Assembly: GCF_037042905.1 (NCBI RefSeq)
Contig: NC_087250.1
Location: forward strand, 7,938,001-8,002,000
Source of the DNA: Lytechinus pictus
Taxonomy: Eukaryota
DNA: 64,000 bases
Direction of reading: 5' to 3'
The notes beneath the pieces are model-generated. The model searched no databases. It saw only the letters and a list, made by a program, of their open reading frames with translations, and had not been told where the DNA came from. Position 1 is the stretch's first letter. Each line of letters begins with the position of its first letter. Positions 1 to 14,642 of this stretch are shown piece after piece. The position numbers and the translations under genes are program-made.

Positions 1-485
1 TATGTATTTTCATTCAGAAAGATCATATTTTTTTGTATGCATTTAGTTTTAATCTTGGACCATAATTTGATTTGTTTATCTTCCTTTGTGAAACACAAGT
101 GCTGAGATGTTAAAGGAAAAAGTAATTTTGTCACCCTCATAAGTGCTAAGAATGGGGTGGGGTAGGGTGTGTTTGGGCTGGGGTGGTGGGGGTGTTTTGG
201 GGTGGGGTGTTGGGGGCTTTGGGGTGGGGTGGTGGGGAGTCTTTTGGGGTGGCGGGGGACTTTTTGGGGTGGGGAAGGTGGGTCAAATTTGATTGTAGCA
301 ATGTTGTCTTACCTGGGGCCCATTGCAGAAAGAGTTGCAATCAACCGCAACTCTAAAAGTCACGCGCGCATTTGGGACTTGCGATTGATTTTTTGACTTG
401 CGATTGATTTTTTGACTTGCGTTTAAATGCAACTCTGTCTGCAACAAGCCCCAGATTGCAATTTAATATATATTGCAATTCACCA

Positions 486-737
486 GGGTTGCGGTTGATC
501 CGATCAATCGCAACTATGGAAAGCCAGCAAAGTCAACATATAAAATGCATGTTCCAGAAAATATCTAGATATGAATGTATATCTATAAATTCATTGATTT
601 CTAGACAATTTGGTGTGTTCTCCTTTGTTTACGTGGGAGATTTTGCAAATTTCCTGCAGAAAAAATTATGACCCTTATGGATTTCCATAGAGTTACGATT
701 GATTGGATCAATAATAACTCAAAAAGACGGGGCCCAG
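486..737. mobile_element. MITE family copy (relatives at 58193-60705 and ~56625-56680)
   Basis: Shared ttgatccgatcaatcgcaactatggaaagccagcaa and gatttccatagagttacgattgattggatc sequences. Confidence 0.65.
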
Positions 738-1037
738 AATTTGACAATGTAATTCTATTATGGAATATTTAAGTGTGGGCCTTGGCTTTGCATATTCTCC
801 TCCTATTTTGATTACATATTCCTATGTTTTTATTTTGGGAGCATTTCAAGAAAGAAATAGTTACTGAGTGTTTGTTATAAGCTACTGAAATCCTTGCATC
901 TGATTGGCTCAGAGCAAATTTGTCAGTGTAAATCCCTCTCTGAGGCATTTCATGGAACACCTGTACGTGTATATGCAAGCCGCCGAGGAGTCAAGGACCA
1001 AGCCAATTATTGTGGAGAAAAACATGCATGCTTACTA

Positions 1038-1203
1038 CACTTTAAAAAATGAAGTGCTAATTTAGCACTTACAGTGCTTGTATAGTGACTGCACTACGAT
1101 TGCTGAGTTTCTAGTTCAAATTTAAATTAGAAAATCAGCACTCGTAGTGCAGTCACTATACAAGCACTTTAAGTGCTAATTTTGCACTTCACTTTTTACA
1201 GTG
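1038..1203. mobile_element. Palindromic MITE with CAC..GTG ends flanked by TA
   Basis: CACTTTAAAAAATGAAGTGC / GCACTTCACTTTTTACAGTG inverted arms. Confidence 0.7.
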
Positions 1204-1863
1204 TACATGTACGATATTCACCTTTATTTCATGATGCTAGATTTAAAGAATTTGTTCTGCAACAAATAACTTGAAATATTAAGTCTGTAAGTCGTCGTTT
1301 CGATGCGAGAACGCCCCAGCGTAACACCACGCTTTCGTGCATCGCATGTGCGGAAAAAAGCCCTTGGCAGCACGCATATAAAGGGCATTGCATAATGGCG
1401 TTTCTGCACCGATGGGGTGCGCAAAAATGTTTTGCCAAGGGTGTTCTTGCATCGACACGACAAAGTTATGTTTATTTCTTTGTTTAATGAATTTGGTCGT
1501 GAAGGCCTATGTACTGTCACCATGTATTGAGGTAAGGTGATATATTTGTATAGTTTGAGAGTGTTAACAGCTTTAATGAATGATATGAAATATAGAAACA
1601 TATACATCGATATGCCTGATTTGTATTTTTTTGTTTTGTTATAGCTAGTGGAATTTAGTGGCATAAGCCTGTATTCTGAAATCTAGTTTAAGTTAATCCA
1701 TGGTCTAAATTTTGGCTAAAACCATGGAAAGCTGAAATATCAAAATTTGTTTACATTATGGCCTATATTCTCAAGATGATTCAAAATTGTACCATTGAAC
1801 AGAACCATGGATTGTACAAATTTCTCATATTATCCCGCTTCCCTTTAGCGCCCTTTGTCAAAG

Positions 1864-4800
1864 TGTAGCACGGGTCCGTTTTGGGTGGGGGAGGATCTTT
1901 TACTTTACAATAACAACAGCGCAGCGGAAGGATTTGAAACAAAGAATCCCCACCCTGTCCGTCTACGGAGGTAGAACTTAAATATAACTATATGGTTGTA
2001 ATTATTTTACTATGTAATAATCACACATCACATAATCAAACACCATCAATCAACAACATTCACACTATGTTATTAATTAATGTAAATAATAATACTCCAT
2101 AAAATAAACTAACATACACATAATATAAAGGATATATGTTCCTTTAATTCTACACTAATAAATGAACATTATATACATGATATTTACAAAGATAAAAGGT
2201 GATGTAACTCTTGGTTACATAATTATCCGAACGGGTATGAACATATAGTTCAAATGATACTTAGAATTTACTTAACTGGACATAACTTTTACAACAGTTG
2301 TCGAACAACTACTGATATTAAGACTACCATAACATTAAAACTATTAACATTGAGGGTCTCAGTGCAGAAATACATAAAACGTTGATGCCGTTCATGGTCA
2401 GACAACCAGTGACCTGAGAATCAGAAAAAAGAGAAGTTACATGATAGTAACTCTATGGAGGATGTTTCCTCTCCATCTCGAAAGTTGTGAGTTTAATCAA
2501 AATATGATTAATTATTTCTTATACTAAATATCAAATATCAAACTTCATCTCAATACTTTTATAACTAGGATCAGTAATCCATTTTACAATAACATATCAA
2601 ATCAATAATGAAATAGAATGGTTTAGCACAATGATATTCAGGAAAGTCTTTAATAAGATACATTAGAGTCCGCACAGTATTAACGCGGCAAGATAGGGAA
2701 CTCGGCCTATCTGCTTGACCAGAATAATACCGTTTAGTTGTTTTGGATTCGCGACTTGCTTAGAATTTGTAGTTCGCAAAGTTCAAAAGGCTCAACTATA
2801 TGAAACTCGCACCATGCTCGCGCTGCTAGACAATCATAAATAACAAGTGCTTTACCATGAACAATAATCATAGATGGTTAGAAACAATTATAAGAAATTC
2901 AAACATTCAATAAGATGTAGATTATAGAATAATATCTATCATCAGATATATAAAACTAAACTTTAGTATATTATTCAATCGAAGATTGATAATAAGCCAA
3001 ATGTGTAAAAGGCAATTTTGGAAAAGTAACTTAACATTAAAAAATAAATCTATAAGATCAGTTATCAAATTATCTTATAAACTGAAATATGGAAGGATGA
3101 CTTTGGATCTTACCTGAGAATCAGGAAAAAGAGAAGTTACATGATAGTAACTTTATGGAGGATGTTTCCTCTCCATCTCGAAAGTTGTGAAGAAGATGCC
3201 TCCAGAACTTCTATATAAAGGTATTTTCGACAGTACCATTATTTTTTAAAAGGGGTGTGTATATTTATAACTAGTAATACTTGTTGATCCTTAGTCATCT
3301 CTTTTAATAAACAAAAACCAGTAAACATTAATTGCTAACCCCTTTAGGGTAGCAAAGATGGAAGAGTCCATCAACATTTCCCCAAAATACTTCTACGTCA
3401 TTCATGTCATTCACGTCATTATTTCTGAGAATAATGACCACCAGACCCCTGACTCATACTACCCAGAACTGACCGCTGGCTCTCTCTTTCGCTCACTCTC
3501 TCTCAGTCTGTACAGAGGTCATAAAAACTCTCTGCTCTGACCATCCAGTTATGGATGTTCAATATCCATATCCATACAAGGGGGGGGGGGGGGTAATTAT
3601 TACAAGGTCTTTATCCTTTTCACTACATATAAAATATTATGTAGCACCAAAATATGAGGCGCCGAATGTACCATTATTATATAGAACAATTATTTGTTAT
3701 ATAATCATTATTTATTAAATAATAACTATATTATTTATATATAATTTACATTTTATTTGTAAATAACTACTATTATATAAAATATCATTTCTAATTATTT
3801 ATATATAATTCCAAGTAATGCTTCATTATTTGTAAATAATAATAGTTCGACATTCCATTATTTATAAATAATGATTATTTGTTTTTCATTATTTATAAAT
3901 AATGATTATTTGTTTTTCATTATTTATAAATAATGATTATTTGTTTTTCATTATTTATAAATAATGATTATTTGTTTTTCATTATTTATAAATAATGATT
4001 ATTTGTTTTTCATTATTTATAAATAATGATTATTTGTTTTTCATTATTTACAAATAATGATTATTTGTTTTTCATTATTTATAAATAATGATTATTTGTT
4101 TTTCATTATTTATAAATAATTTGTTGAGTTTTCCATTATTTATAAATAATGATTATTTGTTAAATAATGAAAACGTCTACTTCATTATTTATAAATAATT
4201 TTTTCGAGTGCACCATTATTCTCATTATTTATAAATAATCATTATTTAATGTTCGAGTTTTCCATTATTTATAAATAAAGATTATTTGTTAAATAATGAA
4301 ATATCTACTTCATTATTTATAAATAATAATTTTGTTTCAATATCCCATTATTTATAAATAATCATTATTTATAAACAATTTTTACAGTTTGCCATTATAT
4401 ACAAATAATCATTATTTATATACAAATAACCATTATTTATTAAATAATGCCATTATTTATTAAATAATGCCATTATTTATTAAATAATGCCATTATTTAT
4501 TAAATAATGCCATTATTTATTAAATAATGGAAAACTCGCTATAACATGCAAATGTGGGACCGCCCATGATATGAATATTCATGATGCGATTTCCTTTTTC
4601 GTGATTTTTCTTCACAAATTTTTGTCCATTTCCTCTTCATAATGACATTTCTTGAAGCAATTTTCTAGGGATATGGTCTGATTGTAATATTCTTCATTTT
4701 CTATATAACTTCGTCTTCGTAGAAATATCAAAAAGTGTAATTTTATACGATTTTTCCTACAGTTCACAATCCCCATAGGCGCGCGTGTACGGTAGGGACA

Positions 4801-7360
4801 ACCAGTGAATCGACGGAGTGCTCTTCATCGAAATACTACGTTGGTTGGTCCCCGGAAGTGGCGGGCGGAATTTAGCCCGAATCCTCGATGGAAGTCGATC
4901 AAGTGCATATGAGCTGAGAGAGTGAAATATCAGTGTACTTGTACAGGCCCTTCTACTTTTTATAAATATTTCTTGTTGCTTTTTTTGTTAAGTTAATTTT
5001 TCCTGGTGTAGAGATAAGTTTCAGTTCTAATAATGCACTTCAAATACATTTTGGAGTGTCTGTTTGAGGCGTTTGGGGCGATTTCACCCTGGCCCCAAAA
5101 TGCTCGCAACGACAATACGGGGGCATGATGACCCCTATATTTTTAAAAACTTATTTTTCTATTGAAAATTATCACAAAATTCACCATAAGTGTGCACGAA
5201 AGCCTTCGTATTTCACTTTTAAAACTCCGAAAAGTGCCCAAATGACAAGCTTGGTCGCTTCGCTGTGTCGCTTTCAACTTGAGAACGTTTACGCGTCTGC
5301 TCCCCCCCCCCCTCCTCCGAAAGAAATTCTGTATACGGCCATGCTCTAAAGAGCCTGGCACATTGATTTATGTATACTTTCATTTTCATTATTTTTATCT
5401 CATTATCAACATGGCCTTACGCAGAATTTTTACCGGGGGGGGGGGGGCAGCTAGGACGCGCGTAAAGTTTCTCAAAAAAATCTTGAAAGCGAGACAGCGA
5501 CGCGACCAAGCTCAAATGACAAGCTTGGTCGCTTCGCTTTCTCAAGATTTTTATGAGAAAGTTTACGCGCGTCCTGCTCCCCCCACCCCCCCCCCCCCGG
5601 AAAAAATTCTGCGTAAGGCCATGATGATAATGAGATAAAAATAATGAAAATGAAGTATACATAAATCAATGTGCCAGGCTCTTTAGAGCATGGCCGTATA
5701 CAGAATTTCTTTCGGAGGAGGGGGGGGGGGGGGGGGAAGCAGACGCGTAAACGTTCTCAAGTTGAAAGCGACACAGCGAAGCGACCAAGCTTGTCATTTG
5801 GGCACTTTTTGGAGTTTTAAAAGTGAAATACGAAGGCTTTCGTGCACACTTATGGTGAATTTTGTGATAATTTTCAATAGAAAAATAAGTTTTTAAAAAA
5901 TTAGGGGTCATCATGCCCCCGTATTGTCGTTGCGAGCATTTTGGTGCCAGGGTGAAATCGACCCAAACGCCTCAAACAGACACTCCAAAATGTATTTGAA
6001 GTGCATTATTAGAACTGAAACTTATTTCTACACCAGGAAAAATTAACTTAACAAAAAAAGCAACAAGAAATATTTATAAAAAGTAGAAGGGCCTGTACAA
6101 GTACACTGATATTTCACTCTCTCAGCTCATATGCACTTGATCGACTTCCATCGAGGATTCGGGCTAAATTCCGCCCGCCACTTCCGGGGACCAACCAACG
6201 TAGTATTTCGATGAAGAGCACTCCGTCGATTCACCGGTTGTCCCTACCGTACACGCGCGCCCATGGGGATTGTGAACTGTAGGAAAAATCGTATAAAATT
6301 ACACTTTTTGATATTTCTACGAAGACGAAGTTATATAGAAAATGAAGAATATTACAATCAGACCATATCCCTAGAAAATTGCTTCAAGAAATGTCATTAT
6401 GAAGAGGAAATGGACAAAAATTTGTGAAGAAAAATCACGAAAAAGGAAATCGCATCATGAATATTCATATCATGGGCGGTCCCACATTTGCATGTTATAG
6501 CGAGTTTTCCATTATTTAATAAATAATGGCATTATTTAATAAATAATGGCATTATTTAATAAATAATGGTTATTTGTATATAAATAATGATTATTTGTAT
6601 ATAATGGCAAACTGTAAAAATTGTTTATAAATAATGATTATTTATAAATAATGGGATATTGAAACAAAATTATTATTTATAAATAATGAAGTAGATATTT
6701 CATTATTTAACAAATAATCTTTATTTATAAATAATGGAAAACTCGAACATTAAATAATGATTATTTATAAATAATGAGAATAATGGTGCACTCGAAAAAA
6801 TTATTTATAAATAATGAAGTAGACGTTTTCATTATTTAACAAATAATCATTATTTATAAATAATGGAAAACTCAACAAATTATTTATAAATAATGAAAAA
6901 CAAATAATCATTATTTATAAATAATGAAAAACAAATAATCATTATTTGTAAATAATGAAAAACAAATAATCATTATTTATAAATAATGAAAAACAAATAA
7001 TCATTATTTATAAATAATGAAAAACAAATAATCATTATTTATAAATAATGAAAAACAAATAATCATTATTTATAAATAATGAAAAACAAATAATCATTAT
7101 TTATAAATAATGAAAAACAAATAATCATTATTTATAAATAATGGAATGTCGAACTATTATTATTTACAAATAATGAAGTATTACTTGGAATTATATATAA
7201 ATAATTAGAAATGATATTTTATATAATAGTAGTTATTTACAAATAAAATGTCAATTATATATAAATAATAGTTATTATTTAATAAATAATGATTATATAA
7301 CAAATAATTGTTCTATATAATATTGGTACATTCGGCGCCTCATACCAAAAGGGTGCTACA
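1864..7360. mobile_element. Possible LTR-like segment (TGTAGCAC...GTGCTACA) interrupted by the foldback element
   Basis: TG..CA inverted ends; internal ~80-bp direct repeat at ~2412 and ~3112; no TSD, PBS or coding sequence found. Confidence 0.35.
3653..7344. mobile_element. Non-autonomous foldback DNA transposon, IS3EU-like (~1.8-kb inverted arms)
   Basis: Termini TATGAGGCGCCGAATGTACC / GGTACATTCGGCGCCTCATA; 6-bp TSD CCAAAA (3647-3652, 7345-7350); nearly whole-length palindrome centred ~5515; 31-bp AT-rich subterminal arrays. Confidence 0.85.
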
Positions 7361-9765
7361 ACTGCATGCATTTAAGGACGTTCCACAGTTATGTTTGTGC
7401 GCATTATGATCTGCGCATAGTTTACACTCTGCGCGCTGACGTCACAATGGATGAACAGGTGATTAATTAACTGCGGGTATGAGCTGATTTTTCTCATCTT
7501 CTGCACTTTAACTGCAGATCCGATGCGTTATTTCATGAAGCTAAAAAATTGAATTATTCCATGGACCATTCAAAAAAATATTCTCTACAATTTTAAAATA
7601 CTTTACTCTGCAGTGCTGCCAAGATTCACGAATATTACCCCGAGTTTGAATAAATGGTAGAATGGTTTTTATTTTTTCTTCACATAGATACTACCCTTGT
7701 AAAAAAGTACTGCGATTACCGCGGTACTACTGCGGTACTACCACAGTACTACTGCGGTACAATTGAAGTACTTGTAGTACCGCGGTACTACCGCGGTACT
7801 ACCGTGGTACTTATGCAGTAGTACCGCAGTACAATTGAAGTACTTGTAGAACCGTGGTACTATCGTGGTACTACCGTGGTACTTATGCAGTAGTACCGCA
7901 GTACAATTGAAGTACTTGTAGAACCGTGGTACTATCGTGGTACTACCGTGGTACTTCCGTGGTACTTATGCAGTAGTACCGCAGTACAATTGAAGTACTT
8001 GTAGAACCGTGGTACTATCGTGGTACTACCGTGGTACTCTTGCAATAGTACCGCGGTACAATTGAAGTACTTGTAGAACCGTGGTACTATCGTGGTACTA
8101 CCGTGGTACTACCGTGGTACTCCTAATCACTAAATATGGCTCAGAATATGCTTATTATCTGTATCAACATCCATTTTTACTAAATAAACTGGTTTTTAAC
8201 ATTACAAATTGTGATAGCCAACAAATTCCTCATGTATTTCTTGGTTTTTAATTTCTTATGTATTTGTTTGATATTATATTTTTTTTGTTTTTCTTTTTAT
8301 GGAAAAAATGTTGAACATTATTCAACAACTTTTAGCCCCAAATCAAATGATTGCAGTGATGAAAAAGAAAAATAATGAGGGTTTTGACTATTCTTTGAAA
8401 AAAAAAACAATTCCCACAGGATTTGTACACAAATTTATATAGGCTAATTAATCTTTACATGCAATATGGACATTGAACAGTAAAATCATGCGATGTAATA
8501 TGTACGCGATTGTTTGACAATCGTGATCACCTGAAGGACGCATGCGCGTATCTCGAAAAATCACGTGACGCGCGTGCACCTTTTTTATTGGATCGTAGAA
8601 AGGCGCGCGCGATCGTCTATTTTTCATTCAAGATCTCAGCTTCACTATGCCGCCACCAGCTTCAGACGAGTTCTTCTGTCTTTTTGAATTTGAAAGCGAT
8701 GACAGCGTCGAAATTGGACCATTTTCTTGGATATTAGACACGGACAAGGATGTGGATCCTGAAAGCTATGTCGATCAAGCTGTTGAAGTTATGTGGGTCA
8801 GTGGCAGCAAAACGGAGAAGTATCGAGCAACAGTGTTGGCTGTAATTAGTAAGTCCGTACGTAGACAGCTGGCAGCCGTCTGTTTCGAGGAGTTTTAAAA
8901 CATTTTTTAAATTTTTTTTATTTCTCCTCATACACAGACGGCTCGCTATCGTGCAGCCACCATTAGGGGACTTACAATGCAAAATCCCCCCGTCGGGGCT
9001 CTTCAATTTTTGTCTTTAATGAATCAATTTTTTGAAAATTAACGCGACCGAAATGCAAATTAATATTCCCTCTTGGCATTAATTGCCAAAAAACGGGGAA
9101 AATCAAGTTAAAAGGAACAAAAACAGTGACTTACCTCGGCTGTCGCGCAACTTCACTGCCCTGTTTTATCCAAACTTAATACACATAAACATATGGCCAT
9201 TGAGTCCCCTGTACAGATCGCGCTAGAACTTCGGTCTCTGTATTTGGTGAGTGAAGCCAACGGAGTTCAGCTGAACAACCAACATAACAGAGACCGAAGC
9301 TTTTGGTCTAGTCCGTACGGTGTACCCATGCAACTCAGTCCCATGCATCATGCATGCATTACTATACGATAATTGTGGTCATACATATTTACAATGACGT
9401 ACATGTCAACGAATAATGTCAAAAATACATATTCTCTGCATAAAATCAAATTGAAAATTATATGATCGGCTGCACAATCTCATAATGAACACATCTGATG
9501 TCATACAATATTTAAGTCTAAAGAATTTAACGTAGGCCTACATATTTTTCTTCAAGTTCAAATCGACTTTCAATTAATAGATCTAAACCTTCCAAAAAGA
9601 AACTGCGTCTGCGAAGCCGAAGACAAACGTGTGCATGGCCATGGGAATGTAACATTATTGTTGACATGCTCACTCACTGCCACCATTCCTAATCCTATCT
9701 ATATATTCTTGTCATATGTGTAAAACACCTTGTGTATGTTAGTAGATCTACTTGTGACTCATTAA

Positions 9766-10466
9766 CCCATCAAGGACGAGAGCTATTTAAAGGCTAAAGG
9801 CCAAATTGATCATTGTTTTCCTCTACAAATTGGCAACTCGTATTTGTCGTAAATTTTGTTGGCCATTATTCGTTAAAATATCACTACCATCCCACAAATT
9901 AACCCAGAGAGCTCCCGCCCGCACAGCGGGCGGGAGCCCAGAAGCTTACCGTGTATTTTACCATTGTCACCGGACTAGGGTGATTTATGGTCTAAATATT
10001 TCTCCAAATGAATTGTGAAAACAGAAAGTATACAATTACCATGATTATATGGATGAAGGTCTAACGAGTGGCAGATTCCTGACATCTGGGCACAGTCTGG
10101 AACCTCAAAAAAACTAAAAGTTCTCTCCTTCTACCCCGTCTCGATCGGCCATTTTTGTTAAAAATCGTAACAAAATGGCCGATCGAGACTGGGTAGAAGG
10201 AGAGAACTTTTCGTTTTTTTGAGGTTCCAGACTGTGCCCAGATGTCAGGAATCTGCCACTCGTTAGACCTTCATCCATATAATCGTGGTAATTGTATACT
10301 TTCCGTTTTCACAATTCATTTGGAGAAATATTTAGACCATAAATCACCCTAGTCCGGTGACAATGGTAAAATACACGGTAAGCTTCTGGGCTCCCGCCCG
10401 CGTAGCGGGCGGGAGCTCTCTGGGTTACCCACAAATATGCGGGGCTTAGCCTTAGGCACTGATGGG
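9766..10466. mobile_element. piggyBac-like MITE (TTAA-CCCATCA...TGATGGG-TTAA) containing a nested foldback
   Basis: TTAA TSD and CCC..GGG termini. Confidence 0.6.
9900..10427. mobile_element. 528-bp palindromic MULE-like foldback MITE
   Basis: Near-perfect full-length inverted repeat; 9-bp TSD CCCACAAAT (9891-9899, 10428-10436). Confidence 0.85.
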
Positions 10467-10571
10467 TTAACAGTCAATTGACATGGTCCATTGACTTGTA
10501 CCACTACCAGTATTACAGTCAATGTACTATTAATTAGATCTATATTGATTCAAATTGTTATTTTGGTAAAA

Positions 10572-11123
10572 AAAGGTCTACAATTGCACACCCCCCTGGC
10601 ATTTCAACAAATATTTGGCCGATTGAAATTTGCACAAATTGATGCTCTAACTAATAATGATTGATATGTGACAAAAATTGCAAAGAAATTCGAAGGCGGG
10701 AACTCACGATATCGCCTTATCGGTGTCAACATGGCAATGGCTGCGATTGCGATGCCGATGGAGAGTAGTTGTTGCCTCCGATCGTACAACCAATTGTGAT
10801 GGATCACAAACAATTATAACGCTGTGAGTGTGATAACATTAACAAGACTTTTTACATTTTTTTCTGTTATTTTTTCCCTTATAATTTATATTCATAATGG
10901 AAAAAAGTTTATCACATGTTATGATCAGCGTTATTATTGTTTGGGATTGATCACAATTGGTTGTACGATCGGAGGCAACAACTACTCTCCATTGCGATCG
11001 CATTGGATGTCGATGCCGATATCGTAATGTATTAATCATTATTAGAGCATCAATTTGTGCAAATTTCATCTCAATCGGCCATACACTTTTGAAATGCCAG
11101 GGGGGTGTGCAATTGTAGACCTT
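10572..11123. mobile_element. Foldback MITE
   Basis: AAGGTCTACAATTGCACACCCCCCTGGCATTTC inverted termini with long internal inverted arms. Confidence 0.75.
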
Positions 11124-11359
11124 TAGGCTTTACCGTTATTTTTGTTAACTGAATTTGACTTTGTATTTGAATGTTCTACTAGCTACTCTTCTATATTATA
11201 AACATTGTCTGTGATTTATGTTCTGATGTTCGTACATTGCCATGATGTTGGTATATTGCAGTGAGTGCGATGTAAACAGTGGCACTGACCACATGATCAC
11301 GTAGTACTAGTAAATTTCCAAGACCAAGCCTCACATGCATTATCAACATGTCTGTTATT

Positions 11360-11821
11360 TAACTCCGGGCATCGCTAGCAGATTTTTTTTTTTTTTTTTT
11401 TTGAAATTATTTTAAAGCAGTTTTTTGCTGCGCATTACTCCCATTAGACATTTTTGGCTCCGGATCACTAGCGCTGTCGCGCTAGCGATCCCCGGAGTTA
11501 CATGTCTGTTAACTCCAAGGATTGCCACGCTGCGCGTGGCGATCCGAATCCACTCAAAAGTGAACAAAAAAAGTTCACATTTGTGCAGCTGAATTCAGCT
11601 TTAAAATAATAAAATCATGCAATACTTAATTACCACCAAAATATGACGCAATATGCTAGCTTTGCTGTGCCTCCATAAAAGAATCGGATTTCCCCCTCCA
11701 TTCGGCACAAATTCAGTCATTTAATGGCTTCCGAGACTTCCCTCCCGTGGCCAACTGCACAAATGTGAACTTTTTTAGTTTTTTGTTCACTTTTGAGTGG
11801 ATTCGGATCGCCCCAGAGTTA
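11360..11821. mobile_element. Two adjacent TAACTCC..GAGTTA MITEs
   Basis: Inverted termini; atgtctgt recurs at the junctions. Confidence 0.5.
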
Positions 11822-12993
11822 TGTCTGTATGTGTGGCGCTGACGAGCTGCATGAATGATGAGGTAGGTACTAGAAATTGACAATCTGACATAAACATGAT
11901 TATGTGCATGATTATTTTTTAGAAGTGCCCTAGCCTGTTAAAAAAAAATTTCGGGGTCTCCCTGATATGTTAAAGCAATTATCATGATTATGGAGACATT
12001 TGAAAAGTGATTTTTGTATTAATTATTTCCATAAACCAAACCAAATGAGGAGTGGGAAAGCTCCAAGTGAGTTTGTTTGAAATTGTATAGTTAATTTTTT
12101 AATTTGTTTCAAAATTGTTTAAAGGATCCAAGGATAATCTCATCAGAAAAAGGAACAAGATGTGTGACGGGCAATCAATGGAGACTGATAAGGAAACTGG
12201 GAGAGGGAAGAGAAAGAAGAAACCAACACGCACATACATGTATTCATCTTCTGAGTTGGAGACGGATGATGAGGAGCCTCAACCAAAAGAAACAAAGGTG
12301 TGTGTACATGTGTCATATGATATCCCAACACTGGAAGTAATTTTTGATGACTGACAGATTAACAAAATCTTTCTATCCAGTTATCATTTATAAACTCATC
12401 AACAAACATAGTCAATAAATCCTTTACAGTTTACAGAAATAACATTGTTGGCTTTGTTTCAATATTATGCAGCTCAATCATATTTATAAACAAATGTTCT
12501 GGTTAAAATGTATAAGGAGGGATATTTGTTTTCAATTTGTAGAAACAGAATAACATGTTTTTGCTCTTTTTTTAAATTTCTTGGGTGCTTAATACAGATG
12601 GTTCTAAGCGTCTACATATTGCTAAATTTTTCTTCATGAAGTAACTGCAATCGCCAATGGTTGTGTAACTTGTGTGCCTAGACAATTCCCAAGATGCTAA
12701 ACAGTACTATTTAAAAAAAATCATAAAATTGTTTTTACTTAAACTATCTTTTCCTTTTTCAGAAATCAAAATAAAAAATTTCACAGTGCAATGAGATGGC
12801 CAGGGATCTCAGGAAGCAAATGTTTGGTGCCAATGAAACGGTATGTGCAGCTATTTAAACACCTTGGAATTGCAACTTGCAAGCGTGATTAATCTAAGGT
12901 ACCTGTTGATGCATAGTAAGCTATAAGTTTGTTCACATATGCAAAGTGTCCTAAAATCACTGTTATATGACAATTAACTAAATGCTCAGTCCT

Positions 12994-14642
12994 GGGCAAG
13001 TCCAAGATAACGCGCGTGTTACGTATGGGACATTTCAGAGGCTTTTATTTCCAGAAAAATGGTGTAAAGGAACTTTGATTGCATTGAATTTAACCATGGT
13101 GATTGATATCCAGGAGAAGTGTATTCATGTAAAAAATTGTGAGAAATGACCTTGACAATGAGATTTTAGAAGAGAAAATGTGTGCTGTTACGTATGGGAC
13201 CAGAAGAAAAGAGATTTTTTTAATTTCTTTTTCAAGTTGAAATTGCTCAGAAAGTATTTCATTTAAAACCTTGAAACTCACTGTGATAAAAGTCACAGCA
13301 CTCAAGTTTACCAAGGATAAATTTCATGTAAAAAGGCAGAAAGCTCTAAGTACAGGCTCTGATTAAAGACAGATATGACGTGTTACGTATGGGACATTTT
13401 TCCCCCTATTCGTTTAGTGTGTGGAAAGCGTATATTGGATTTTTGGTCTGGTTACCAAAGTGAAATAAGCTGTAATTAATCAGATTTGTTTGCAAATTGT
13501 CAGGAAAATGAAATTCCAATAAAATTTACAACCATAATCATATTTGATTATATTTTTCATTTTTATCTATTTTGTTTCATACGGGCATGCTGCTAATCAA
13601 CCACTAACTGATTTGAACATGTATTTACTAGTGCTAATTATTATAGAAGTTTTGATGATATTTTTTTGTTTTTTTTATTTGGGGGTGGGGGCAATTTTTA
13701 TACATTCACTGGGCTTTTAAGTTGTATAATTAAACTGTGTGAAAATGCCTTTTCTATTGTTCAAGAAGAACCACTTGAGTAATACCAGCTATAGATCTAC
13801 AAACAAGTATGATCATTCTGTGCGAATATAATGAACCACCGTGCACCGTTCTTGGTCTATATTAGTGTATTTTCCCTAAATATGAAATGCCATGAAACAG
13901 TTGCATGATTTCTAAAATGAAAGCATACACACCCTTGCTTTTATCAAATACATCTTTACTACCTGTAGATTTAATCTTGAACAGGGGGGCCACAATATGA
14001 AATAATACACAGTTAAAATTCTTGATGTTGTCACAGTTTCTAACAAAACTTTTCTGAAAGGCTATTTTTTATGGGCATCTTCTGCATCATCACATAATTT
14101 TTGTAAAATTTGTTCTTTTTTTTGTTTTGTTATCCCTCTTCACTGTATTTATCTTACTCAGTAGCTACACTTTCCTCTGTAAAGATGTGAATTTCTTGAT
14201 TGGTAGTAACTGGTGGAGGTAAAAAAAAAAAATCTGTCTCTGGTTCATTAGCAAAGCTGAACTTTGTTTTGCAAGACTTGTTTTCTTCCTCATGATTCCG
14301 AGGCTGACAGTAATGGCATTAAAATCAATGATCTTACTTCAGTATTTTTAGTTATTTTCATTCCAGCTCCCAAAATAGTTAAATGGTTCCAACGCCCTCT
14401 CGCCCACTACTGATCTTCCTCTTTAAATAATAATGATTTTTTATATTTGTCCCATACGTAACACAGCATTTCTAATTTATGCAAATTAAGTCACTGAAAT
14501 TTGCATAAATTTGCATGATACAATTTATTCCTTCACAGAATTTTAAATTTCAACTATCATGCTTCAAAATGACACCAAACATTTCAATGTTGAGCAAAGA
14601 TGAAATTTTGTCTTCTCAGGGGACCTTATCTTGGACTTGCCC
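12994..14642. mobile_element. Sola2-like non-autonomous DNA transposon
   Basis: TIR GGGCAAGTCCAAGATAA, 4-bp TSD TCCT, internal TGTTACGTATGGGAC repeats. Confidence 0.75.

Noticed and set aside
5125..5914. Mirror-image short ORFs on both strands
   Set aside because: These are by-products of the palindrome with no recognisable protein features.
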